A program made the position numbers and the translations under genes. Shown here in pieces: positions 12,229 through 24,479 of a DNA stretch of 64,000 bases (position 1 is its first letter; every line of letters starts with the position of its first letter). The stretch comes from Octopus vulgaris (Eukaryota). The notes under the pieces are model-generated. The model worked only from the letters and a program-made list of their open reading frames with translations. It did not search any database and was not told where the DNA came from. Location of the stretch: contig OX597827.1 in assembly GCA_951406725.2 (NCBI GenBank), forward strand, positions 35,588,001 to 35,652,000, written 5' to 3'.

Positions 12229-12837
12229 GTATAATCTATCTTGGCAAATTTCCTTTGTACATGCAACAATAATTCAGTTAGTGGACACGTCCATTCTACG
12301 ATGTCAGCTCTCTGAACATGTCTATTAAACAGTCTACAATTTTGATTCGCTAATTACGGAGCAGCCCGTTTCTATATTTGAATTAGAGGTATATTCTTTG
12401 ATTTTTTTTTTTATATGCTGTCTGGACTTTAACTTTACAGCATATCACTTTTTTTTTACCTGTATTAAGTATAATATAACTTGAAGGTTTAAGAGATAAA
12501 ATGTAACATATTGCTTAGTCTTATGAATATTACACATCTATACACGCTTTCTTTTATAATGGTAAGACAGAATGAAATCTCGTAATGAAACATTCGTTGA
12601 TACCATAAAATTCATTTGTCTGTTTTAGTGTGTGTGTGTGTGTGTGTGTGAAAGCGCGTGGCTTAGTCCATGAGATGTTGCACTCACGATCGCAAGATTG
12701 TAGCTTGGATTCCCAGACCGACGGTGCATTGTGTTCTTGGGCAAAACACTTCATTCCACGTTGCTGCAGTCCACTCATCTATAACTGGGTGACTCTACGA
12801 TGGACTGAGGTTCCTTTCATGGTGATTGTTCGCCTAC

Positions 12838-12899
12838 CCGTCTAACAAGCATGATGACGTTGTTCGAAGCAATTGTGACCAGCGGTGTATAACAGCAGC
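12838..12899 (-). CDS. Candidate small second exon
   Basis: ctgtatcag|GCT acceptor (alternative acceptor at 12914) and GG|gtaggc donor. Reads AAVIHRWSQLLRTTSSCLLDG in phase with the 13271 exon. Splice sites are only moderate. Confidence 0.25.
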
Positions 12900-13270
12900 C
12901 TGATACAGTGATACCTTGATATAGACATGTATATATGCATGCATACATGTATGTATGTATGTATGTATGTATGTATGTATGTATGTATGTATGTGTGTAT
13001 ATATGTGTGTATGTGTGTGTGTGTGTACGCGCGTGTGACAAACAGACAGACAAACAGATAAACAGAAAAAAGACAAAGAGGAGTTTTGTATATTAGTATC
13101 CAGTGAATAGTAAAACACAGAAAGCGTTTCCCCCCCCCCCCCAGGTACTGACAAATAGTTTAGCAAAACGTAAAATAAAATAAAATAAAATTGCCATTAT
13201 TACAAAGATGCATAAGTATTAATCCAACTTTTTCGCTCTAATATCAAATATATCAATCAATATAACTTAC

Positions 13271-13321
13271 CAATACAGAGATCAACAAAATCTTCAGTGA
13301 ACACAATCTATACAGCACCAT
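13271..13321 (-). CDS. Candidate first coding exon (signal-peptide-like), possibly of the PAN-mucin gene
   Basis: ATG at 13321 gives MVLYRLCSLKILLISVL (hydrophobic), ending at a consensus TTG|gtaagt donor (phase 0). Linkage to the PAN exons is inferred only. Confidence 0.4.
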
Positions 13322-13924
13322 TTCTTTATAAAAGACGTCCCTCTCTGACTTTGTTCACGTCTCAAGATTTTTCTGTATCTTTTGAAACAAAATTTTCTGT
13401 ATTTCTGATTTTACTTCCCGTCAAAAAGCGACAAGTTCCAAATCTAATTTTACTGAATTTATCATATTTGTTGGTCTTTTTTGATGTGGTGAGATAGATT
13501 ATTTTTCCTATATCTCTCTGACATTTAAAGTGCGATGGACCTCACCTCTCTATCTGAAATCTATAGATTACGTGTTTTGCAGGGATCCTGTTTGACTGTT
13601 TGCATTCCCACCTTGTGACAGGCTGCAGTTGAACATAAACAATATTTTCGTCTAATTTATATATTTTTTACGGTCCGCGAAACATCTAGATTAAAACGTT
13701 GTGACAACACTTAGAAGGTATTGAATGCAAACATGGAAACAATCGATCAAACACTAACGCTAGCTATACTCGATGGAATCGTACCCAATGATTGATAGGT
13801 ATTTAAACTATACAGGGAAACAGTAGAAATTAAACTACATCAGATAAAGAAATGCTAAATGAAACACACAGGACGTACATTCCAACGAGTATGTATGATG
13901 TACCTATGAGTACTGGGAATGATA

Positions 13925-14110
13925 CATACATGATGGCTGCCCCCTCGCTATCGAGTATGGCCATTGCACGAGGCTTAACTGTTATTGGTGCTGTGATCGA
14001 ATGTGACTTTTTAGCCCAGCTAAAGATCTACAATGTCTTGTACAGAATTGGCAGCTAAAAATTTTACCGGCAATAGCCGGCTGTAGTTGCAAAGATATAT
14101 GAAGCCCAGT
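13925..14110 (-). mobile_element. RTE-like LINE 3' end
   Basis: C-terminal FSCQFCTRHCRSLAGLKSHIRSQH zinc-finger motif, short 3' UTR ...gatagcgaggggcagccatc and an (ATGT) tail. Confidence 0.6.
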
Positions 14111-14514
14111 TAATACATACATGCATGCATGCATGCATACATGCATGCATACATACATACATACATACATACATACATACATACATACATACATACCTAC
14201 CTACCAGTTTTTCCTCTCCACATCACTGATGTTGACCAAGGAAAAGGCAAAACCTGATACAGCTTGGCACCAGTGACATCGCAACTCATTTCTACAGTTG
14301 ATTGAACTAGGTGAACAGCAGTGACTACTCAAACGCTCGATGGTCTGGCTAAATCCAGCTGGCAGTGTATAAAATTTTAGCATAAAAATTTACGGCTGAT
14401 TTAGCGAAATGCTAATGCATATATTAAAAATTAATATAAGCAGCTAGGCTCAATATAATGGTATAAAGGAAAGCATTTATCGTCACCAATTGTGACTGGC
14501 GGTGCCGAAGCACC

Positions 14515-14565
<51 letters not shown>

Positions 14566-14589
14566 ATATATGTATGTATATATACATAC

Positions 14590-14984
14590 ATATATGTACA
14601 TACCTACATATATATGTATATATATATACACACATATATGGGTACAGGACATCAAAAAAACGTTGAACACAATGAGAAACGAAAAAATAAAAACAAAAAC
14701 ATAGAAAACGAACTTTTTTTGAACAATGAAAAAAACAGACAGAGAAACGAGACATGCAACATAAAGAATATTCCCCTTCATCAGTTGTCCCTTTTTCGTT
14801 CGAAACGCGCAATAGATGAAACAGAGACAACTGATGAAGGGGAATATTCTTTATGTTGTATGTCTGGTTTCTCGGTCTGTTTTTTTTTTTCGTTGTTCGA
14901 AAAAAAGTTCCTTTTCTATGTTTTTGTTTTTATGTTTTCGTTTCTCATTGTGTTCAACGTTTCCCCGATGTCCTGTATATATGC

Positions 14985-15033
<49 letters not shown>

Positions 15034-15051
15034 TGTAGGTATGTACATATA

Positions 15052-15052
<1 letters not shown>
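14590..15052. repeat. Long foldback (about 200-bp arms, 36-bp spacer)
   Basis: The arm tacaggacatc...aacgttgaacacaatgagaaacg...ataaagaatattccccttcatcagttgtc is mirrored from 14826. Confidence 0.9.
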
Positions 15053-15087
<35 letters not shown>

Positions 15088-15139
15088 TATATTATTTATA
15101 ATATTATATGATCGAAGCCACGCACCCTTTTCCAAGTAA

Positions 15140-15175
<36 letters not shown>

Positions 15176-15441
15176 CGTTACTTTAAATGCGTATGGTCAT
15201 GCAAAAGTCGATTGCATCGAACGCAGTTACTATATCGTTTTGTTCGTTTTAACAGCTTGATAAATGGCGAAGCAAATTAATATTTCGACCAGGAAACTCT
15301 GTATAGTTGTATTTCACAGGGCGTTTTGAGGTTTTTATTATATCTTTACGCTTTTAACTGATCGAAGGCTTTGCTACTTGTTGAAAATCTTATCACTCAG
15401 TATTAGTACATACACACAAACACACACACACACACACACAC

Positions 15442-15494
<53 letters not shown>

Positions 15495-15647
15495 GCAAAA
15501 TTCGATTGCATCGAACGTAGTGACCAAACCGACTTGTTTGTGTTTTTTAGCAGCTTGATAAACTATCAAGCTTTTAAATTAATGTTTCGACCAGGAAACA
15601 CTAAGTAGCTGTATTTCACAAGTTTGTGTATGTGTGTGTGTTTATTA

Positions 15648-17183
15648 CTAGCCTAAGTACCCGGCGTTGCTCGGAAGTTTAAAGAATGTTAAAGGAAATA
15701 TATATATTTATTCTGATAAAAAAAAATATTTTCAGAAAAATTCTATCAGATGACGTGAGTATAAAGAAAGTTATTAAAACAAATCCTAAAATCAACCACA
15801 GTCTAATTTTGTAGAATTTCTAAATATACAATGTTTTCAGTGTGTCCTTTAATTGGGGTACAAATAAAAAGACTTTTTGGAACTTCCAACTCGCGAATAT
15901 CTTACATATAATTACCCATAAGAGAAGCAAGGTGAAGCAAGGTTTAGGTCCAACAACCTTGAGAGATTATCCTTGAGATTTGTTTATCGACATAGCAAAA
16001 CTTAGTTTCACTAGGAACTGGAGCCGCTTAAATTCAAAGGGGAGGTCAGATGGGATTAATGGGATCCGTGAAATGAAGACATCCTCACCATTATATTTCC
16101 CAGTGATAATTGCTGCTTCTATGACATAGGGTTGCATCGCTTTCACCGCCAGTCTGGTGCCGTTGCACCAGCAAGGTGGATCCAGATTCCTGAGCAGCAT
16201 GACTGGGGCCCCATTTTTAAGTGGTATGTTGTATGGTGGCATCCCTGATGGCTGTAGAGAGTTCAGGAACTCAGTTGAAAAGACTGCAGCTTGGTCGTGA
16301 TCAACGACAGTGTCGATGGATTTGAAAGACAGTTCTTGTCCTGGTAATAGCCACAAGAGATCCCAATTGATTTTGTCGACAGCATCATTACGTGGAGCAA
16401 AGATGGCTCACTCACATAGCCATTGACTGTTGCCAAAGTTTTGTGCAATGTTTGGAAACACATGAATTTTGAGATCATTGACAGTTGGTACCGTCTCACC
16501 ACAGGGTAGCTTGTATTGCTGCTGCAATTCTCCATATAAATGATAGCAAAGTGTGTATCAAATGAAATTAAAATCTTGGTTCAGTGACAGATCGATCGAA
16601 TTAGTAAAGTTTTAAAGTGAAAAAACAAAACCGACATATACGACAGGTATGTAAAACATATTTCAGTTTACTTTCTGTGTTCATTCGCACACAGAACTCA
16701 GAAAATTTACAGATATTTAGCTGCTATTTTTAGCAGTTCATTTTCAGTTTTAGACAACGGGATAGGGTGGCGTGGGGTGTGTGAATCAATTTTGGAGTTC
16801 TTCATAGGAAATTCGAAATAAAAATGTTTTCCCATATTCTTAACCTCCGTATTTTTCCACGTAGATTGAAAAAAAAATTGAAAAAAAGTTTTAAATTTTT
16901 AATTTGTGGGGGTGGGAATTTAAGTTTCGAAAACATGGATTTTTTGCATATTGGGAATCTCCGTCATCGAAAACATAGGAATCCGCTGAACAAAAAAAAT
17001 CGGAAGAGTTGTATGGGCGGCGGGGCTACAGTCCCCTATATGGGCAAGGGCCAAAATTTGACCCACCCTAGAACCTTCCCCAAGTAATGAAAAACCTTCA
17101 TGCCAAATTTGGTACAGATTGATCCAGCGGTTTGGCCGTGCATAGAACACACACACACACACAGTGAATTTTATAAATATAGA
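15648..17183 (-). mobile_element. Internally deleted Helitron with a PIF1-helicase remnant and intact termini
   Basis: 5' A|TC at 17183 and 3' hairpin ccgagcaacgccggg...CTAG|T at 15648. Helicase remnant at 15967-16535. Confidence 0.85.
15880..16535 (-). pseudogene. Helitron RepHel PIF1 helicase C-terminal fragment
   Basis: EFLNSLQPSGMPP..LKNGAPVMLLRNLDPP..CNGTRL...RIPLIPSDLPFEFKRLQF..KLSFAMSINKSQG*, with stop and frameshifts. Confidence 0.9.
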
Positions 17184-17429
17184 TAACCGACCGAATGCTT
17201 TACTGCTTGTTGAAAATCCTATCACACAGTATAAGTGTGTATGTGTATATGTATGTGTGTGTCTGAGTCCGTGTCTGTGTGTGTGCGTCTATCTATGCGT
17301 GCGCGCGCGTGTATATATATATATGTACGTGTATATGTATGGATATACATACATACATGCATACATACATAAATACATACATACATACTTACATACATGA
17401 GTATTTACAGCAGTGTAATGAACCCGCAT

Positions 17430-18525
17430 TCTGGTAGATTAATGTATTTCTATATACTCTGTCTACTATTGCAAAGCAGTACATGAACGACATTCAAAAA
17501 GTGAACAAAACCGAAATAACAAAGAAAGTATTATCATGGGTTTTGAAGACAGAGAAAAAAATATCTGAATTACGGAGACCATCAACCATGTGGTGATGCT
17601 TATTGCGCGCAAAGAAGCGAATCACTATACGTCTCACCAACAAAAAGTGAAGAAGGAGATAGAAGTGATGTTTGGAGGCAGCAAAAAGTGGACAGTTACT
17701 GATCACCCTTAAGCAGGGGTCAAAAGTTATCAGTGAGAAACTCTGAAAAGAGAAAAACAATAAACAAAGAATTTAACTGGAACTAGGCAGCAGTATACAA
17801 AGACATGAGAGGAGAAGCAGTGAACATTACAGGAGCTCCTTCACGAGAAGACATAGACTCAATTTTGGAGGAAAATCCTGAGTGAAGAGGAGTTTAACCA
17901 AGGTGTTCTGTGGTTGGAAAAAAATCGAAGAAGTTATTGTCCCTTCATTACACTCAAGAAATACAGCATTGATGGTGATATCCTTGTAACTGGGATCCAG
18001 AAACTTCAGGAAAGAAAAGCACCTGAAAGAGATTTGATTGTTGGATATTGGTACAAGAAGCTAACTTTCTACCGATTATATCTAATTAATCTATACCAGC
18101 AAGTTCTCAATGGGAACAGTAGCATACCACCCTGGTTAACTCTGGCAGAAACAAAACTCATCCCGAAATGCAGAATCACCCACATGACAAAAGTCTATCG
18201 GTCAATTGCATGCCAGAACTTAATGTATAAGATATGTACAGCATGTTTAAACCTCTTCCTCTAAGACTATTGTGAAAGCAATAACTTCATCACAGCAGAA
18301 CAAGCAGCTGGGAAGAAGGGAGTCTGGGGATGTGCTGAATAACTGTTAATCAACAAAACTGTGATGTCAGAGGTGCGGCAGCATAGAAGAAATCTAGTTT
18401 CAATGTGGCTAGACTACAAAAAAGCTTTTGACTCTGTACCCCACTCATGGATGCTAGAAGCCCTTCAACTTGCTAAAGTTCCGGTGAGCATAATCAAAGC
18501 CATAGTTGACATGACTTCATCGTGG

Positions 18526-18530
<5 letters not shown>
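17430..18530 (+). mobile_element. R4/Dong-clade non-LTR retrotransposon RT fragment
   Basis: KAP..DLIVGYWYKKL, TKLIPK, YRSIACQNLMYK, EQAAGKKGVWGC, WLDYKKAFDSVPHSW; contains in-frame stops. Confidence 0.85.
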
Positions 18531-18578
<48 letters not shown>

Positions 18579-18802
18579 TATATATGGAGAAAGTAAGAAG
18601 AAAAAAGCGAAAATGCACATTGGATATAAAAAATAAAGATTTTTTAATGAAAAGTAGTAGTAAATATAAACAATTAGATGAACTGAGGTAGAATTAAGAA
18701 GAATAAAAGCCAGCATTTTGAATTGTTAAAGGGATTCAAAGTCATACCGGTTTCGTCAATTGCTGTTGACGGACCTCTTTCAGTTTCCGTCTACCACTCT
18801 AC

Positions 18803-19892
18803 TGTTACGGAGGTAAATTAACAGGAGAACATTGTACCCTAGTTCCGTTGGTTGGAGTTGAACTGGCGCTCCAGTTGTTCGGGACGACGAAAAAAAATCT
18901 CCTTTGTCCTGTCAACGGCCACGGTAAATAATGATTTTAGGAACTGATCTCTGATCCCTACACGGTCAAGGAAAGTTGATACAAAAATAAAAATGTCACC
19001 CTTTAAAAAGGTGACGGGCGTTGGTGTTAGGGGGTCAGTTGGCAAGAGGCGGTAGTCGTGAGAGACGGTCAGTCGATGCGGACAGCCAGCCAAGAGATGA
19101 TAATGGCGAAGCGAGAAAGACAGGCAGGGAGTTAGAGATGAAGACGGCGAGAGACAGATAGAGGCAGTAAAGAAGATGACAGTGAAGGGACAGAGAGAGA
19201 CACGTGAAGAAGCCGGACTGATATAGTGGGGTTTTGTTTTAAGTGTTGTGGAGAGGTATATGTGCCGGTAATGTTAATTTACGTTTTGATTTGTGTTTTG
19301 AACTTTGATGTTTTAAATGTAAAAAAAAAAGGAGACTCTGTGACATAATCTGTTGAAAAGAAAAGGAAAAAAGAGAACTTGTAAATGTAAAAAAAGAAAA
19401 AGAACTGTTAGATGTGTTTCTAAAAGAAAAAGAACATTGTGTTAGAAGGAGAGATTGAAAAGAAAAGAAAGAGGAGAAAAGAAAAGAGAAAGACTATTTG
19501 TTTTGAAGGATCGAACTCTGAATTTTAACTGATTGTTGTTGGGCGTTGTATTTTGCTAAATGCCATTGATTGTTCTTTTTTTAAAACTCTGTGTACGATC
19601 TGTTAAATGTTTGTTAACCTTGTGTTGTAGTTAAATGCTTTTGCTTTGAAATGTTTTGATTGATTTTGTGAAGTTATAAAAATTGTTAAATTACGTTGCC
19701 TCCGCTGTCTCTCTCCTTTGTTGTTGTTGTCTCGGTTTCTGGCTCTGGCTTGCGTTCGCCGCTGTCCACCCTCGCTTTCTGTGGTGGACTTCCGTTTGAC
19801 TGAGCGTGATCGTCGTCGCGACTTGGGGCCCGTTATAGACCCGGAAGGCCTAGGGTCGTAGGGTCCTGAGTTGAGTGAGCGGCGGCGTAACA
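18803..19892. mobile_element. Solo-LTR-like element (TGTTACG...CGTAACA) with 4-bp TSD CTAC
   Basis: Termini tgttacggagg / ggcggcgtaaca with CTAC on both sides; inserted in a family B SINE; homologous to 48695-49738. Confidence 0.8.
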
Positions 19893-20364
19893 CTACTATA
19901 GCCCCGGGCTTTGGTCGGCCGGGAGCAGTAATAGTAGACACTTGTCCAAGTTTCCATACATGTGTGATTGAACTCAGAAACGTGAACAGGAAGCACTTCT
20001 TACCACACACCTACATCTGCGCCTTCAAAATTGCCCCACTTCAAAATTGCAGGCCTTATGTCAAAAATGAAAATGAGAATTATTATAAGCAATTTTTCGG
20101 CGTACTACCTAATTATTATATTTTCTTTAATTTTAAAACAAACCTGATATCGAATAAACCATACGCATTTACTAGGTTATACTCTACTTGAAAAAAAAAG
20201 GAGAAAAGAAACCAAATTAAATGAGATGGTCTAGGCAGGGTTGCATTTGACAGTAGGTTATCTAGGGTTAACATCTCTTTTCATGCTTGTGTTATTTCTA
20301 TCTCAACTGAAACAAAACACATTTGCCAGTATTACTAACATGCATACGTGCACGCACACACGCG

Positions 20365-20424
<60 letters not shown>

Positions 20425-20893
20425 CGCGTCAGTCACTAATCTTCAAACACACACGTTTCTCTGTTTTGACATGTTTATGATAGAACTTACTAATCAATAA
20501 TACTCGTTCGTATCTAATGAATACAGCTAATTACAGATACTGTTTCGTATTTTCAATTCTTTTGTATCATAAATTGAATGTTAGTGTTTGAGTATATGTT
20601 TATTAGATATAATTTAGATTATAAAGGTTGTTAGTATTTCTTAGGAAGTTAATGTCTATAACAAAAAATATTAAAGTATCACCTATCAGTGGTCAATTTG
20701 TTAAGTATGAAAGGTGTTCATACTTTTGTAATTTTTCTTGTTCTGGATCATTCGTAAAAAATTTTATATTATTTCTTAAAGGTTTGCAGCAAGAGTTAGG
20801 AATAGGCGCAAGCATGTTTGTGTAGTTAAGAAGTAAGTTCCCGGATTCGATCCCACTGCGGGACACTGTATTATCTAATGTTGACTAATACCT

Positions 20894-21362
20894 ATTTCTT
20901 TACAATCCACAGGGGGCTAAACACAGAGAGGACAAACAAGGAAAGACAAACGGATTAAGTCGATTATATCAATCCCAGTGCGTAACTGCTACTTATTTAA
21001 TCGACCCCGAAAGGATGAAAGGCAAAGTCGACCTCGGCGGAATTTGAACTCAGAACGTGGCGGCAGACGAAATACGGCTACGCATTTCGCCAGGCGTGCT
21101 AATGTTTCTGCCAGCTCGCTGCAATCTTCTTATTTCTTTACTGCCCACAAGGGGCTACACACAGAGGGGACAAACAAGGACAGACAAACGGATTAAGTCG
21201 ATTATATCGACCCCAGTGCGTAACTGCTACTTATTTAATCGACCCCGAAAGGATGAAAGGCAAAGTCGACCTCGGCGGAATTTGAACTCAGAACGTGGCG
21301 GCAGACGAAATACGGCTACGTATTTCGCCCGGCGTGCTAATGTTTCTGCCAGCTCACCGCCT
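20894..21362 (-). mobile_element. Head-to-tail dimer of SINE family A (Tx1-type tail) bracketed by one 18-bp TSD
   Basis: Two ~235-bp near-identical units. TAATGTTGACTAATACCT at 20876-20893 and 21363-21380. Confidence 0.9.
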
Positions 21363-21469
21363 TAATGTTGACTAATACCTTGTGAGTGAAAGCCTGCCGT
21401 ATATGCATGTATTATGTATATACGCTGTGTTTATAGTACAGAGATATGTCAGGGTAACGCCTTCGTATG

Positions 21470-23555
21470 TATATACAAGTGACTAAAAATTCTAAAGCAT
21501 GTCATGCGACTAAAAACATAAATAAAATATCAACCAACTAAAATTTTTTTTTTTATTTTTACCTCCCTCAATTAAAAATATGTTTAAAAAGTTCATTTTA
21601 TAAAAAAACATGGTAGGTTGGAATCCAGGAGTGTAAGAGAGTTCCACAAAATTAAGTCAAACAGATCTATGGCCATTTCAGAAGTTCACTGCTGCAATTT
21701 GATTATGAGTTTAGGTGCATCTCGGTAATAACCCCCTCATCAGGATGAACAGGAATCTCAACAATTAGTCATTCACAGGAGTTACAAACCAGCTGCATAC
21801 CTAATTTACGATAATAATCTATCGCATAAAAAAAAAATTATTTCATTGCCAAACATGTAGGTGGCTGCTAATCATAGGAATTTTACTATACTGTTTCAAA
21901 ACCCAATAAAACTAAATACTATTTACCACAACTAGTTTTACTTTTATATACTTTCGGAAAAGTAGAAGAAAACTAATGGTTGCAAAAAGGGATCACCACT
22001 GTAAACTTATTTAATGTTTTAGGCCCAAAGGACCTAAGGATGGCAAGATATTCCCTTATACACAACTTACACTTGTTAATATTAACTCTAAAGTAAGGGG
22101 CCCTCAAGATAACAGATCATTCAAGAGAGTAACTTCTTTTATTCTTCTTTAAATCATGTATATAAGAGAGAAGTGTAGTGGAGTTACAATATTTTTCATT
22201 CGAAAACAATTTCATGTGGGCCCTATATCTCGCCTTAAAATCGACAATATTGCCTATGTAAAACCTATCCAAATTACCCTCCTCTTTAACAACGAACGCA
22301 TTTATATATAGCATTAGCAGTCAGACAGAATCGATCAAGGGGACATAACCTAGGGTTTCTAAAATTACAAGATTTACCAGAACCACCAATATCCTTCTTA
22401 CTAATACTAACATTAGTTATCTGGCTTCCAGCGTTCCTCCCTTCAGCTATATCATTACAGGTGGTTGATAAGGCCGGTGGAAGTAAATGGCTTGTAACAC
22501 CAACCTTAGGCTTATTAGAGCTTACCTACCCAATACCAGAGTTTCTAGCAGAGGAATACTTCCAGTGCACTTGCCCATTTAATTTGCTTCTACTAATAGA
22601 TGCAATAATGGAGGCCAAATTCGGCATTACCGAATAACAAAATTTGATGGAGGATTTATTGCAGATGCTGTAGTATTTATGATTCTTTGGGAAATTCTCC
22701 TTCAAAATCTTAAAAAACAACTTGGGCAAATTACTTACTCACAAAGAAAAAGGGAGTGCAAACCAGATGATTTCCCGTATTCTAGAATGTGAGCTCTTGG
22801 TTTTACTCATCTCCTCACTGCCACTATTTCGCTTCCAGTACATATTCCTAACATCTTTATATACGTAACTAACTGATGGCTTACATTGGTTGCAATCAGA
22901 TAATGCATGGCATTTCACTTGATTTTCTGCGACATGGTCAGGTGGTAGACCAGCCATCTTGTTCTTAAATCTTGTGTTAGGTATATAGAAGATTTTTGTT
23001 TTAAAGCTGCTTAATTTTACAGTGTTGTTGTATACTGGTGCATGTTGATCAAAAATGTCTTCATTTGCAGACAAGTTAAAGATTCTGATCGGGATAGCAC
23101 TAACGGTGCTATCAATAGTAGATTTTGGATGATTGGAGGAGACATTGATATATGAGATAGATTTATTTGGCTTACAAAATTGGTAGTATAAACCCGTATC
23201 CAGATTCAAAGTAACATCCGAGAAGTTCACCACTCTGGAGTTAACATCAAAAATAATATTAAGATTAAAGAAATCCTTTAAGAAACCTCTCAGGGATTTC
23301 TTCAATCTATTCAATGTAGCTTTAGACTGGCCACATACAGCTAGAAGCACATCATCTCTATATAACCCCCACCCCAGTAAGGAGGGGAAAACTATCCCTA
23401 ATCTGCGAAAGGAGGTATAGGCCCACTAAATCGGTCACCTGTGTTGAATCCAATGACCCCATAATAATATCAAAAAAATTTTTTTTCAGTCGATTGATAT
23501 TTTATGTTTTTAGTCACTTGACACGCTTTAGAATGTTTAGTCGATTGTATATACC
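21470..23555 (-). mobile_element. Penelope-like element (RT + GIY-YIG, decayed) with inverted terminal repeat and hammerhead
   Basis: RT/thumb: LYRDD at ~23350-23365, VNFSDVTLNL, YINVSSNHPK, IIWF..PFS, ENFPKNHKY. GIY-YIG: FYIG..DFKARYRAH..NSTTLLSYIHDLK. 21470-21540 is inverted at 23486-23553. Confidence 0.85.
21665..21746 (-). ncRNA. Type I hammerhead with intact core and extended stem II, downstream of the Penelope ORF
   Basis: ATC-CTGATGA-GGGGGTT...(~45 nt)...AACTTCT-GAAAT ggcc ATA-GAT. Stem III is the palindrome ATGGCCAT. Confidence 0.65.
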
Positions 23556-23844
23556 TTCTTGATAGGCCATTCTATATATTTATATTTTTATTTGCATACA
23601 TATATTTTTACCCTCTGTGTTTTTTTTTATATATGTATTCTTTTTATATATTAAGGGCCAGGGTAATATTTATATATGATCAAATGTATCAAAGCGTGGT
23701 GTGATATAAAGTTGTTGACTCGAATTTGATGTTTGTTCTCTAATCAATGTTTTTCATTTTTGTCTCAATCTCATTTAAGCACTTCTTTTTTGCGGTCTTA
23801 AAAACCCTTTTGTCTCCATAAAAAGACGCAAAAACTATTTCTTG

Positions 23845-23886
<42 letters not shown>

Positions 23887-23899
23887 CAACAAAATTTTA

Positions 23900-24470
23900 T
23901 ATCTTGGGCATCCACAAAGCCAAAGCCTTGTAGACAGCTCATCAGACTCTATATAAAAAGAAAAAGGTTTTAAAACATCTACGTCGTGGACGTAAGGAGA
24001 TACTCGGAAAACAAGAAATACGTCTTAACAAAAGTACATTAATCAGGACAGGTTATTTCCCCTGAACCAAAAGAAAAAAACACAACTCTTATAGACCAAA
24101 ATAGGCCTAACTAGCAAATGGGGATATCTAATTTTCCAGTAAGCAGCGCTTGAAGTGGACACATTTAGAAAATACTTCTTTCCGACTATTTAACGAGCCA
24201 GTTTCATATAGTCCTTGAGAATTTTGGCTCTCTCCGTGATGCAGATCTTGCAACAGCCATTTCTATTAATATATGGGCCCGGATGATCAATTAATTTCCA
24301 CCTGATATCATATGGGGTCCCTTGATCTCTGAGGTGCCACACATGGCGGGCCAGGGATGTGAAAAACTGTCTTTCTGGGACTCTGAGCTTCTCAGTAAAC
24401 CTGCTCCTAGCCAAAGCATCATTGTAGTGGGGGGCAGCCCCATTAAAGATCTCTCTATTGGCCAATGGTA
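23900..24470 (-). mobile_element. Penelope-like fragment (thumb end fused to GIY-YIG C-terminus) with a half hammerhead
   Basis: NREIFNGAAPHYNDALARS..TSLARHVWHLRD..IRWKLID..CKICITERAKIL. CTGATGA plus an 11-bp hairpin at 23905-23948, without GAAA. Confidence 0.75.
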
Positions 24471-24479
24471 AATTTCTTG

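Noticed and set aside
14778-14870. CTGATGA on both arms plus CGAAAC in the spacer, suggesting hammerheads
   Set aside because: No GAAA follows the putative stem II, and I could not build stems I and III in any topology.
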